Below are positions 46,999 to 56,565 of a DNA stretch of 64,000 bases, in pieces. The notes beneath the pieces were generated by a model, which was not told where the DNA came from, did not search any database, and saw only the letters and a program-made list of their open reading frames with translations. The translations under genes and the position numbers were made by a program. The stretch spans positions 54,348 through 118,347 of the forward strand of contig DASTHI010000046.1 of assembly GCA_035718275.1 (NCBI GenBank). Direction: 5' to 3'. The first letter of the stretch is position 1. Every line of letters begins with the position of its first letter. Origin of the DNA: Pseudolabrys sp. (GTDB lineage: Bacteria; Pseudomonadota; Alphaproteobacteria; Rhizobiales; Xanthobacteraceae).

Positions 46999-48702
46999 TC
47001 AAGTCACCGCGGTCGGCGCAAGCTCTTCGATGTCGGTCACGATATCCAGGACTGCGGGGCGCTTGGCCGCCACCGCGCTGGCAAGCGCTGGGGCGATGTC
47101 GATGGGTTTTTCGACCCGGATGCCGAGAGCGCCCATGTCCTCTGCCAGTCTGGCGAAATCCATTTTGTTGTAGGTCCACAGTTCGCGCGCCTTAGCCGTC
47201 TGTTCACCGCCATATGCGCGATCGAACCCGCGCTTGGATTGGTTGCCGCCGCCGTTATTGTTGACGATAGTCACGGACGCGATGTTCCAGCGGACGGCCG
47301 TTTCGACTTCTGCGATGTGATACCAGAAGCCGGCATCGCCAGTGAAAACGACGACGGGACGATCCGGACACGCCGCCTTTGCCCCGATGCCGGCGGGAAA
47401 GGCCCACCCAAGATGTCCGGCGCTGCGCATGTAGCTCTGTGAGGGCGTACGAAGGTCGTACATGCCGCCCATCCACATCCCCGCATGGCCGGTGTCGGCC
47501 ACCACGATCGCGTCATCGGGCATATGCTTCGTCAATTCGCTGCAAATGCGTGCCGGATGAATTGGGATATTGTCGGATTCGAGCATGGCCCGGTATTTCG
47601 CATACCACTCGGTGCGCAACGCGGTGACTTCCCGGATCCAGGCGGCACGTCTCGCGGCGGTCGACTTGTCGATCTGCCCCAGCATCCGCACAAGGACGTT
47701 CTTCGCATCGCCCAGCACGCTTGCTTGCAGCGGATAGTTTCGCCCCAGCGCCTCGGGGTCGATATCGATCTGAATCGCCGGCGTGCCGATAGGCGGAACG
47801 GCCCAGAAATGCGTCGTCATGCCGCCTGTCTCGGTGCCGATGAAGCAGACGAGGTCCGCCGTGTTGACGGCCCGGTTGGCGCATTCACGTGAATAAGTGC
47901 CGACAACTCCCACCGACAGCGCGTGTGTGCCGGGTATCACGTCCTTGCCGTTGAGCGAGGTTGCAACCGGTATCTGGAGCGCTTCAGCAAGCGCGACGAG
48001 TTCCTTTCCCGCGCCTGATATGCGAGCACCTCCACCGGCAACGATGATCGGCCGCTGCGACCTCTGCAGCAATTCGAGTGCCGCCTTCACATGCGCCGCT
48101 TCGGGCTCCGGCCGGAACGGCGGAATGCGGGAGAATTGCGGCTCGACGAGCGGCTCCATCTCCGCCTCCTCAATGTCGATTTGGCCTTCGTTGCCGCGAA
48201 ACTGGAGGTGGACCGGGCCCGGCGCGCCGGTTGTTGCCGTGCGAAATGCCTGACGCAGCATGTCCGGAATACGAGAGACGTCGTCGACGGTCACATTCAA
48301 CTTGGTGACAGGCTCGAATGCCGGAATGTCGTCGACCTCCTGGTACACTCTTCGAAACTTCGTTTTCGGATCGCGCCCCCCCGTCATCGCGATCACCGGA
48401 GAATGAGCAAGACAGGCGTCGCGCAGCCCGGCGGCAAGATTGAGAGCACCGATCACCTGCGCCATGCACACGCCGGGCTTTCCTGACGCTCGAGCGTAGC
48501 CGTCAGCCATGTACGCCGCCGATTTTTCGCCATGGCAATGCACGCGCGCTATTGCGGTTCGCCGTTCCATTTCAGCGAAGGTGCGTCGCAACACGGCCGG
48601 CACCATGAACACGTGCGTGACCCCGTAACCCGCCAGCATGTCGGCAAGAACTTCAGCGCCGGTACGTTTCGTATTGTGTCCGATCGCGGGCATACTGCTC
48701 AT
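46999..48702 (-). CDS. Thiamine diphosphate-dependent enzyme (acetolactate synthase-like family)
   Basis: HGEKSAAYMADGYAR, TGDAGF...NN ThDP motif, PAVLDIV. Confidence 0.9.
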   Translation of the reverse strand: MSSMPAIGHNTKRTGAEVLADMLAGYGVTHVFMVPAVLRRTFAEMERRTAIARVHCHGEKSAAYMADGYARASGKPGVCMAQVIGALNLAAGLRDACLAHSPVIAMTGGRDPKTKFRRVYQEVDDIPAFEPVTKLNVTVDDVSRIPDMLRQAFRTATTGAPGPVHLQFRGNEGQIDIEEAEMEPLVEPQFSRIPPFRPEPEAAHVKAALELLQRSQRPIIVAGGGARISGAGKELVALAEALQIPVATSLNGKDVIPGTHALSVGVVGTYSRECANRAVNTADLVCFIGTETGGMTTHFWAVPPIGTPAIQIDIDPEALGRNYPLQASVLGDAKNVLVRMLGQIDKSTAARRAAWIREVTALRTEWYAKYRAMLESDNIPIHPARICSELTKHMPDDAIVVADTGHAGMWMGGMYDLRTPSQSYMRSAGHLGWAFPAGIGAKAACPDRPVVVFTGDAGFWYHIAEVETAVRWNIASVTIVNNNGGGNQSKRGFDRAYGGEQTAKARELWTYNKMDFARLAEDMGALGIRVEKPIDIAPALASAVAAKRPAVLDIVTDIEELAPTAVT

Positions 48703-49097
48703 GCGGGGTCGAACTTCAGTGCGACGCCGTTTATGCAGTAGCGCAGATGCGTGGGTGGAGGCCCGTCGTCGAAGACGTGTCCGAGGTGGCTTCCGCAGCG
48801 GCTGCAGTGGACTTCGTCGCGGACCATGCCGTGCCTGCGGTCGGATTCCGTTTCAAGCGCGCCGGGGATCGGATCGTTGAAGCTGGGCCAGCCGGTGCCA
48901 CTCTCAAACTTCGTTTTCGACACGAACAGCGGCTGGTCGCACGCGGCGCATCGAAACGTGCCCGCCCGCTTCTCGGCCAGCAACGCACAGCTCCCCGGCA
49001 TCTCCGTCCCATGCTCGCGCATGATCTTGTACTGCTCGGGTGTAAGCAGTTTGCGCCATTCGGCTTCTGTGTGGGAGACGGGGTATTCCATGGCCAT
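48699..49097 (-). CDS. msrB: Peptide-methionine (R)-S-oxide reductase
   Basis: GTE, CxxC zinc pairs, GTGWPSF, HLGHVF.DGP, RYCIN. Confidence 0.96.
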   Translation of the reverse strand: MAMEYPVSHTEAEWRKLLTPEQYKIMREHGTEMPGSCALLAEKRAGTFRCAACDQPLFVSKTKFESGTGWPSFNDPIPGALETESDRRHGMVRDEVHCSRCGSHLGHVFDDGPPPTHLRYCINGVALKFDPA

Positions 49098-49126
49098 GGT
49101 TTCATTACTCCAGCGCGTGGATTGCG

Positions 49127-50095
49127 CTACTTGATTGCCAGTGGATTCACCGGTGAGCCGACGGCGCCGGTGATTGGTAACGCGGGCGCGACAAAGAGAA
49201 ATTCATACACTTTGTCCTGCTCGCAATCATCAGCGAGCTCCTTGACCTGAAAGATCTCGCCCATGGTCATTCCCATGATCGGGATCGTAATCCAGTGCCA
49301 AGGCTGATTGATGCCCTCTTCGCTTTCGTTGGGCCTCACCTCGCAGCCCCAGGTATCGCTGGCAAGTGCCGCGAGTTGTGTTTCCTTCACGAAATCGAGG
49401 GTCTCGAATGAGAAGCCCGGTGCATCCCCACCCGGATAGCCATCCCAGCTTCCTGCCTTCTGGCAGCGCTCCATCATGCCTGTCCGCACGATAACGTAAT
49501 CACCGCGCTTGAGCTCGACCTTCTGCTTCCTCGCCGTCCCGTACAGATCGTCGTTGGTGATGCCATATCCGTCCGCGAGCGACTCGACACCCTTGTAGCG
49601 TGCCACGTCGAGAAAAACGCCGCGGCCCACCATTTTGTTCTTCGTCTTTTCGATGCCGCACTTCTGAGCGCCGGCGCTTGTCACTTCGCGGCAATCGTAG
49701 CCATTCCACATGTAGTTTTCATAGAACACATGTCCAAGGCCATCCCACTGCGTACCGCATTGGAGCGGCATTGTGACCATGTCATCGGCGGCGCGGATGC
49801 CGCGCTTGTCCAGAACTCCCGAATAAGCGTCGGTGCCGGTACGCAGCATGGTGTGAATGGGATTGGTCCGCCCCATCGCCGGGTATTTGCTTTTCGCGCC
49901 TTGCGGTCCCGTATGGTCAAAATTGAGCGCGAGCGAGATGACCTTTCCTTTCTTCACCAGGCGGGTGGCAGCAACGATATCTTCCGCCGTGGTGTAATTG
50001 AGGGTGCCGATTTCATCGTCGGGTCCCCATTTGCCCCAATTCTTGTACTTCTCCGCTGCGTCCCGAATGTCCTGGCGGGTGATCTTGCGAATCAT
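49127..50095 (-). CDS. Cyclase family metal-dependent hydrolase (kynurenine formamidase-like)
   Basis: NWGKWGPDDEIGTLN, QCGTQWDGLGH, GRGVFLDV, GD.VIVRTG, GEIF, GSPVNPLAI. ATG 50095. Confidence 0.9.
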   Translation of the reverse strand: MIRKITRQDIRDAAEKYKNWGKWGPDDEIGTLNYTTAEDIVAATRLVKKGKVISLALNFDHTGPQGAKSKYPAMGRTNPIHTMLRTGTDAYSGVLDKRGIRAADDMVTMPLQCGTQWDGLGHVFYENYMWNGYDCREVTSAGAQKCGIEKTKNKMVGRGVFLDVARYKGVESLADGYGITNDDLYGTARKQKVELKRGDYVIVRTGMMERCQKAGSWDGYPGGDAPGFSFETLDFVKETQLAALASDTWGCEVRPNESEEGINQPWHWITIPIMGMTMGEIFQVKELADDCEQDKVYEFLFVAPALPITGAVGSPVNPLAIK

Positions 50096-50217
50096 TGAAT
50101 TTCCTCTGACGAAAATGACGGAGAAGATCGGCGAATACACCCTGCGGACAGCGCTGACGCAAGCCCTACTGGCGCCGCTCTTGTGCAATGCTACGATGTG
50201 GAAAACGGGAGGCATTC

Positions 50218-51198
50218 ATGCGTTCGCGTCATACTCCGTTCGTCATCGCTCTCACGCTCCTTGCAGCGTTGGTCGGCTTTTCGCCTGCAGAGGCGGCGGG
50301 CTATCCCGAGAAGTCCGTGAAGATCGTTGTGCCGTTCGCGCCAGCTGGTCCGACGGATGTGATGGCCCGCTTGATCGCGCAGAAACTGTCGGAAAGCCTG
50401 AAACAGCAGTTCTATGTCGAAAATCATCCGGGCGCCGGCGGCAATATTGGCATGACGCAGGTCGCCAAGGCCGCACCCGACGGTTACACGATCCTGGTTG
50501 CCAGCTCGAGCTATGTCGTGAACCCGAGCCTTTATGCGAGGAATCCTTACGACCCGTTCAAGGATTTCGCCCCGGTCACGCTCGCTGCGGCTTCGCCCAA
50601 CATTCTCGTTGTGCACACGGATTTCCCGGCAAAATCGGTCAAGGAGCTTGTCGAACTGATCAAGAAGGAGCCGGGCAAGTACAATTACGCAATGCCGGGC
50701 ACGGGCACGACACCGCATTTGGCGGGGGAGCTGTTCAAACTCACCTTCAAGCTCGATCTTGCGACAGTTCCGTTTAGCGGTGCGGGCCCTGCGATCCAGT
50801 CGGCCGTCGCCGGTCATACGCCCATCGCATTTACGGCATTGCCGCCGACGGCGCCGCAAGTCCAGGCTGGCAAGCTTCGCGGACTGGCGGTCACATCTGC
50901 CAAGCGATCCGCCGCATTGCCCGGCGTTCCGACGATGGCGGAAGCCGGCGTCAGCGGACAGGAATCGGAGACGATGCAGGGCATCCTTGTGCCTGCCGGA
51001 ACACCGAAAGAAATCGTCGATCTGCTCAACCGTGAAATCGCAAAGGCCATGGCCTTGCCCGATGTGAAGCAGAAATCCGCACAGCTCGGCTTCGATGTAG
51101 TCGCCAACAAGCCGGATGAATTTGCGGCTTACATCAAGAAGGAAGTCGACAAGTGGAACAAGGTGATCAAGGACGCGAAGATCCCGCAGATCCAGTGA
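50218..51198 (+). CDS. Bug/TctC tripartite tricarboxylate transporter substrate-binding protein
   Basis: VPFAPAGPTD, ENHPGAGGNIG, PDGYT, VPFSGAGPA, PTMAEAG. GGGAGG SD. Confidence 0.92.
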   Translation: MRSRHTPFVIALTLLAALVGFSPAEAAGYPEKSVKIVVPFAPAGPTDVMARLIAQKLSESLKQQFYVENHPGAGGNIGMTQVAKAAPDGYTILVASSSYVVNPSLYARNPYDPFKDFAPVTLAAASPNILVVHTDFPAKSVKELVELIKKEPGKYNYAMPGTGTTPHLAGELFKLTFKLDLATVPFSGAGPAIQSAVAGHTPIAFTALPPTAPQVQAGKLRGLAVTSAKRSAALPGVPTMAEAGVSGQESETMQGILVPAGTPKEIVDLLNREIAKAMALPDVKQKSAQLGFDVVANKPDEFAAYIKKEVDKWNKVIKDAKIPQIQ

Positions 51199-51275
51199 TT
51201 GTCACCATCCTTGCAAAGCTGCGCAGCTGAGTCGCCCCTTTCGGTGGTTCAGAGCATCTCTGCACAAAGATCGTT

Positions 51276-52445
51276 ATGCGCATCGTCGATATCCGCGAGA
51301 CTGCAATTCCGCTGCGCTCGACGCTTGCCAATTCGAGCTTCGATTTCAGCGAGATGACGACTTCGGTCGTCGCGGTAATTACGGATGTCATCCGTGGCGG
51401 AAAGCCCGTCTGCGGATTCGCGTTCAACTCGACCGGGCGCTACGCCTGCGGCGCGCAAATGCGATCCCGATTTATTCCTCGTGTCCTTGCAGCAACACCG
51501 CAGTCGCTCCTCGACGATAGCGGCAGCAATCTCGATCCGGGGAAGATTGTCGCCTGCATGATGCGCAGGGAAAAGGCAGGCGGACACTCCGAGCGATCGA
51601 TCGCAATCGGCAGCATCGAGGTCGCAATATGGGACGCTGTCGCCAAGATTGCCGACAAGCCGCTGCACGCTTTGCTGGCGGAGCGATTCAACGGCGGCAA
51701 CGTGCCGCGCAAAGTCTTCTGCTACGTAGGCGGCGGCTGGTACTGGCCCGGTCAAACGACCAAGGATCTGCAGGATGAAATGCGCCGCCATCTCGATGCC
51801 GGATACACGATGGTGAAGATGAAGGTCGGCGGGCTGCCGCTCGATGAAGATCTTCGACGCATCGAAGCGGTGCTCGAGATCGTCGGCTCGGGAGAGCATC
51901 TCGCCGTGGATGCAAATTGCAAATTCGGACACGCGGAGGCTTCTGCCTATGCAGTGGCACTCTCGCCTTATCGGCTGCGCTGGTTTGAAGAACCCTGCGA
52001 TCCTCTCGATTTTTCGCTGTTTGCCGATCTTGCCACGATCTATGGGGCTCCGCTCGCCACCGGCGAAAATCTTTATTCGACCCAAGACGTGCTCAACCTC
52101 GTGCGTTTTGGGGGGCTCCGGCCGGACCGCGACATTATCCAGGTCGACCCGCCGCAGGCCTACGGAATCGGCCAATACGTGAACACGATCGAGGCGCTTT
52201 CAAACCGAGGATGGCGGCGCGCATCGTTCTTTCCGCATGGTGGCAACCAGATGTCGCTCGCTATTGCCGCCGGACTGGGCCTTGGCGGGGCCGAATCCTA
52301 TCCGGGCGTGTTCGGCGAATTCGGCGGCTTTGCCGATGATGCGAAGATTGAAAACGGAGCGGTATCCTTGTCGAGCCGACCCGGCATTGGCTTCGAGGGC
52401 CAATCAAAGCTGTTCGCCATCATGCGCAAACTGGCCGGACTGTGA
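51276..52445 (+). CDS. Mandelate racemase-family enolase, D-tartrate dehydratase (TarD)-like
   Basis: KMK, VDAN, EEP, TGEN, HGG. Closely parallels my recollection of B. japonicum TarD (TTSVVAV.TD, GGH.ERS, GLGG.ESYP, PGIGFEG). Confidence 0.8.
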   Translation: MRIVDIRETAIPLRSTLANSSFDFSEMTTSVVAVITDVIRGGKPVCGFAFNSTGRYACGAQMRSRFIPRVLAATPQSLLDDSGSNLDPGKIVACMMRREKAGGHSERSIAIGSIEVAIWDAVAKIADKPLHALLAERFNGGNVPRKVFCYVGGGWYWPGQTTKDLQDEMRRHLDAGYTMVKMKVGGLPLDEDLRRIEAVLEIVGSGEHLAVDANCKFGHAEASAYAVALSPYRLRWFEEPCDPLDFSLFADLATIYGAPLATGENLYSTQDVLNLVRFGGLRPDRDIIQVDPPQAYGIGQYVNTIEALSNRGWRRASFFPHGGNQMSLAIAAGLGLGGAESYPGVFGEFGGFADDAKIENGAVSLSSRPGIGFEGQSKLFAIMRKLAGL

Positions 52446-52601
52446 CCGCGTCCAGGCTCCATTTTCCGTCCCATCCCGGCGGGTAAAGATTTGTAAACGC
52501 TGTCGGACAAACTTCGCTTAACGCGACTGTGGGACATTGGCCCGCTTCAAGCCTTTTGTCGAAGCCAATTCGCCGGGCGCCCGCAGGACCGCCGATTCAG
52601 C

Positions 52602-53642
52602 ATGACCGCCGCCAATACACCGATTATCGCGTTCGTTATCCCCTGCTACAACGAGCAGGCCGGAATCCAGCACACGCTCGGATGCTTACTGGCGGACCTT
52701 GGCAGGCTCGAAAAGCAAAAAGCCATTTCCGCGAAAAGCTATGTTCTGCTCGTCGATGACGGCAGCACGGATCGAACCTGGCCGCTCATCGAAAAGATTT
52801 CGCGCGCGAATCCAAAGCGCGTCCGCGCTATCAAGCTCTCACGCAATGTGGGGCACCAGAATGCGCTGCTTGCGGGACTGATGACACAAATCGGCAAGGC
52901 TGATGCCGTGATCTCCCTTGACGCGGACATGCAGGACGACATGTCGGTGGCGGAAAAAATGATCGCCCATTTCAGCGATGGCGCGGAGATCGTCTTTGCG
53001 GTCCGCAGGACGCGTGCAAATGACAGCCGCTTCAAGCGCGGCACTGCCGATCTCTTCTATCGCACGCTCAAGTGGCTTGGCGCCGAGATCATCCCGCACC
53101 ATGCCGATTTCCGCCTGATGAGCGATCGTGCCCTGCGGGCGCTTTCTCTGTATGGCGAGAGTCACGTGTTTCTGCGCGGGCTTGTCATGCAGCTCGGCTT
53201 CAAAACTGCCATTGTTACCTACGACCGTCTTCCGCGCCTGCACGGGGAAACGAAATACACGCTCGCCAAAATGGTGGCTTTGGCTGTCGACGGCATCACG
53301 TCACTGTCGGTTCGGCCGATCCGCATGATCGCGCTGATGGGAATTGTTCTGTTCATCGTCTTCCTTGGCATGAGCATCTGGGTACTCGGTACCTGGGCTG
53401 CCGGTCAGACGATCCAGGGATGGACGTCGGTCATGCTGCTCTTCCTTCTGATTGCCTCTTTCCAGACCTTCGCCATCGCGGTGATCGGCGAATATGTGGG
53501 CAAAATTTACTTCGAGACAAAATCGCGCCCGCGCTACATCGTCGACCAGGAGATCGACGCTGCGGCCTTTACTGAAGGCGCTCATTCGCAGAGCGGCACA
53601 GACGCGCTGGCGAGAAATGAGTATTCGCGCGCGGTATCCTGA
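52602..53642 (+). CDS. GT2 glycosyltransferase, GtrB/YkcC-like (polyprenol-phosphate sugar transferase)
   Basis: VIPCYNE, VDDGSTD, LSRNVGHQ.AL, DADMQD, DFRLM, two C-terminal TM segments, GEYVGKIY.E.K.RP.Y. Confidence 0.92.
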   Translation: MTAANTPIIAFVIPCYNEQAGIQHTLGCLLADLGRLEKQKAISAKSYVLLVDDGSTDRTWPLIEKISRANPKRVRAIKLSRNVGHQNALLAGLMTQIGKADAVISLDADMQDDMSVAEKMIAHFSDGAEIVFAVRRTRANDSRFKRGTADLFYRTLKWLGAEIIPHHADFRLMSDRALRALSLYGESHVFLRGLVMQLGFKTAIVTYDRLPRLHGETKYTLAKMVALAVDGITSLSVRPIRMIALMGIVLFIVFLGMSIWVLGTWAAGQTIQGWTSVMLLFLLIASFQTFAIAVIGEYVGKIYFETKSRPRYIVDQEIDAAAFTEGAHSQSGTDALARNEYSRAVS

Positions 53643-53693
53643 TCGGGTATCCTGCATCCGCACCTGCAGCTTGCCCGATTCCAGCCGCCCCCG

Positions 53694-54134
53694 ATGGACA
53701 ACGAAGCCCTGCGCCGTCTGCATTACGCTGCCGCCATTGCCTGCGGCGTGTTCGCAGCTTTGATCGTCCATATTCTCTTGACGGTATTCGGCATCGGACT
53801 CGACGCCGTCCTCCGTGACAGCACCGGTACGCGGCGCCAGTTCATTTCGGCCGTAGCCTGGTGGGCGATTGCCGGCGCGGGCTTTGCGGGCGGCTGGGGG
53901 GCGGGTGCATACTTGATTGCCGCCGCCCGCGGGCGCGAGACGATCTATCGCCTGGCGCAGGCTGCCCTGATTGCGCTCGTTTTCCTTGCTGCCACGGGAG
54001 GTGGCATTATGAGCAAGACCGGCAGCCTCGGCGGTACCGTCGATGTCATCGCCGGGCTTGCGGCGCTCGCTTTGGGATTGATTTGTGCGTTCTGTGGAGC
54101 GCGGCTCGCTTATTTGAACGCGGAGCAGGTCTAG
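53694..54134 (+). CDS. Small 4-TM membrane protein, unknown function
   Basis: Four hydrophobic Gly/Ala-rich segments. Confidence 0.75.
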   Translation: MDNEALRRLHYAAAIACGVFAALIVHILLTVFGIGLDAVLRDSTGTRRQFISAVAWWAIAGAGFAGGWGAGAYLIAAARGRETIYRLAQAALIALVFLAATGGGIMSKTGSLGGTVDVIAGLAALALGLICAFCGARLAYLNAEQV

Positions 54135-54303
54135 CGTCGCTGCTGTTGTCTTCCGCTCGATCGCCGGCACCATTTGCTCGCGAATGCAGCATTCGCAGCA
54201 TTATTCTGCTGATTGTCGCATCCGCTATTCAAGCTATACTTGTATCAACAGGCCTGGAGCCAACCGGCCGGGGGAGACGTGCAGTTCATGGGAGGACAAA
54301 CCT

Positions 54304-55536
54304 ATGCTCAAGAGCGCAAGGATTGCGAGCGTCTTGGCAGCGGCCGCGCTCGCCTGTGCACCGGCAGCAACGAAAGCGCAGACTTGTGAGGATTTGATCC
54401 TCGGCGCCGCGCTTTCAGCCACCGGGATCTATGCAGCCAACGGAAAGAACACCAGGAACGGTTACGAATTCGCCGTAAAGAAAGTGAACGATGCCGGAGG
54501 CATCAAGATCGATGGCAAATGCTATCATCTCAAAATCAAGTACTATGATGACGAATCCACGCCCGCGCGCGCAGCGCAGCTGGTCGAACGGCTGATTGAT
54601 CAGGATAACGTCAAGTTCATGCTGGGGCCGTACGGCTCCCCACTGACAAAAGCCATTCTTCCCGTCACTGAAAAATACAAGGTTCCGCTGGTCCAGGGCG
54701 AAGCGGCATCACGCTCGCTCTTCACGCAAGGCTACAAGTATCAATTCGGAATCGTCGCAACCTCCGAGAAGTACCTGACGCCCGTCATCGACATGGCTGC
54801 CGATCTCGCCAAGAAGGCGGGAAAGAATCCATCCGCGGTCAAAGTGGCTATGATCTACCAGGACGATGCATTTTCGCTCGACGTTCGGCAGGGCGTCGTC
54901 GAGCAAATCAAGAAATACAAGATGCAGACTGTCATTGACGACCGCATGCCGAAGGACCTCAATGACATCACCACCTTCTTCACGAAGGTGAAGGCTTTGC
55001 AGCCCGATGTCCTGCTGATCTCGGGGCACGAAAAAGGCGCCGCGACTGCCGCCCGGCAGATGGGCGAATTCAAGACCTCGGTGCCACTGATCGGCCTGAC
55101 GCACTGCGAAGCCGCAAAAATCGTCAATGATTTTCCGAAGATTGCGGAAGGTCTGGTCTGTCCGACGCAGTGGGATGAGACCATGAAGGCAAGCGACCCG
55201 TTGTTCGGCTCTGCCGCCGACTACAACAAGGCCATGCGTGCCGCATATCCCGAATACAAGGTGGTGCCTTACCAGACTGCCCAGGCATCGGCCGCAGTTT
55301 ATGTCTGGGCCGATGCGTTCAAGCGGGCTAATTCCCTCGATCCGGAAAAAGTACGCGAGGCGCTGACCAAGACCGATCTCCCGACGTTCTATGGCGGAGT
55401 GAAATTCGCCGAGGACGGCAGCAACCCCGGCAAGGAGATCGTGATGCGGCAGATACAGGGCGGCAAGTATGTCGTCGTTTCGCCGGTCGAAGTTGCAGCT
55501 GCATCTCTGAACTATCCGCGGGACGCTCATTACTGA
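54304..55536 (+). CDS. Branched-chain amino acid-type ABC substrate-binding protein (LivJ/K-like)
   Basis: Signal peptide, GAALSATG, YDDESTP, MLGPYGS. Strong GGAGG SD. Confidence 0.92.
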   Translation: MLKSARIASVLAAAALACAPAATKAQTCEDLILGAALSATGIYAANGKNTRNGYEFAVKKVNDAGGIKIDGKCYHLKIKYYDDESTPARAAQLVERLIDQDNVKFMLGPYGSPLTKAILPVTEKYKVPLVQGEAASRSLFTQGYKYQFGIVATSEKYLTPVIDMAADLAKKAGKNPSAVKVAMIYQDDAFSLDVRQGVVEQIKKYKMQTVIDDRMPKDLNDITTFFTKVKALQPDVLLISGHEKGAATAARQMGEFKTSVPLIGLTHCEAAKIVNDFPKIAEGLVCPTQWDETMKASDPLFGSAADYNKAMRAAYPEYKVVPYQTAQASAAVYVWADAFKRANSLDPEKVREALTKTDLPTFYGGVKFAEDGSNPGKEIVMRQIQGGKYVVVSPVEVAAASLNYPRDAHY

Positions 55537-55544
55537 GCGGCGAG

Positions 55545-55571
55545 GGAAGCGGGCACGCTGTGCCCGCTTCC
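55545..55571 (+). other. Perfect 12-bp intercistronic hairpin after the SBP gene
   Basis: GGAAGCGGGCAC-GCT-GTGCCCGCTTCC with no U-tail. Confidence 0.6.
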
Positions 55572-55632
55572 GGGGGCGCCGATCACCGCTTCTGTCGCGG
55601 CCGCGACGGGAGCGACCGGCTTTTAAGTCTGC

Positions 55633-56565
55633 ATGCGGCCTGGGATCTCCGCGATGGAACAGGTCATCGGCAATATTTCGGTTCTGGCGGCAATGCCGAT
55701 CTTCAATCTCGGCTTGCTGATCGACGGACTGCTCGTCGGATCGATCTTCGCCCTTGCCGCCTATGGTCTGGCGCTGGTCTGGGGCGTGATGAACGTCAAA
55801 AATCTCGCGCAAGGCGACTTCATCATGATCGGCGGCTATCTCACGTGGACGCTCGGTCGTTTCGGATTCGATCCGCTCCTCGGCGTCCCGGTCGCGATTG
55901 TCGTCCTCTGGGGAATCGGCTGGGTGCTCTATCGGACCGTTATCAGCAAGGTGATCACGCGCGATCTCTTCACCTCGCTGCTCGCAACATTCGGCATCGC
56001 TATCGTCATCCAGCAGGGACTTAATCTGCTTTTCGGCCCCGATACGCAGTCGGCGCACTCCGACCTCCCCACTCTTTCTTTCGCGAATGGACTGATCACC
56101 ATCGCCTCGACGCGCATCGTGGGATTTGCCTGTGCGATCATGCTGGCCGTGGCAGTGATCCTGTTCATGAAAAAGACCCGGATGGGACAGGCCATCCGCG
56201 CGACGGCGCAGGATTCCAGGGCGGCGCGCGTGCTCGGGATCGACACCGAAAAAATCTATTCGTTCACATTCTGCCTCAACGCTGCGATCTGCGGAGCAGC
56301 CGGCGCGCTTGTAGCGGTGGTCTGGAATGTCCAGCCGTTTCTCGGGACCACATACTCGATCCGACTGTTCGTCATCGTGACCGCCGCAGGGTTCGGCAAC
56401 CTCCCTGGTGTCATCGCGTCCGGCTTCGGTATGGGCGTATTCGAGCAGTTCGGCGGATTCGTGCTCGGCGCCCAATTCCAGCAGGCGCTCATCGTGCTGC
56501 TGCTGCTAGCTGTCCTTGCAGTCCGGCAGTTGCAGCAATTGCGCGTGCGGCAGGCCGTGCAATGA
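55633..56565 (+). CDS. livH: ABC permease, LivH-like (start uncertain)
   Basis: GSIFALAAYGLALVWGVM...NLAQGDF, G.AIRATAQD, GFGNLPG. Confidence 0.88.
   Translation: MRPGISAMEQVIGNISVLAAMPIFNLGLLIDGLLVGSIFALAAYGLALVWGVMNVKNLAQGDFIMIGGYLTWTLGRFGFDPLLGVPVAIVVLWGIGWVLYRTVISKVITRDLFTSLLATFGIAIVIQQGLNLLFGPDTQSAHSDLPTLSFANGLITIASTRIVGFACAIMLAVAVILFMKKTRMGQAIRATAQDSRAARVLGIDTEKIYSFTFCLNAAICGAAGALVAVVWNVQPFLGTTYSIRLFVIVTAAGFGNLPGVIASGFGMGVFEQFGGFVLGAQFQQALIVLLLLAVLAVRQLQQLRVRQAVQ

Noticed and set aside
54709-56475. 588-aa minus-strand ORF, and similar long antisense ORFs (61167..62600 +, 44414..45721 +, 41117..42103 +, 51249..52175 -, 37546..38451 +, 15279..16115 +)
   Set aside because: These are shadow frames opposite well-supported genes, expected from GC-rich codon bias. 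They have no recognisable motifs.
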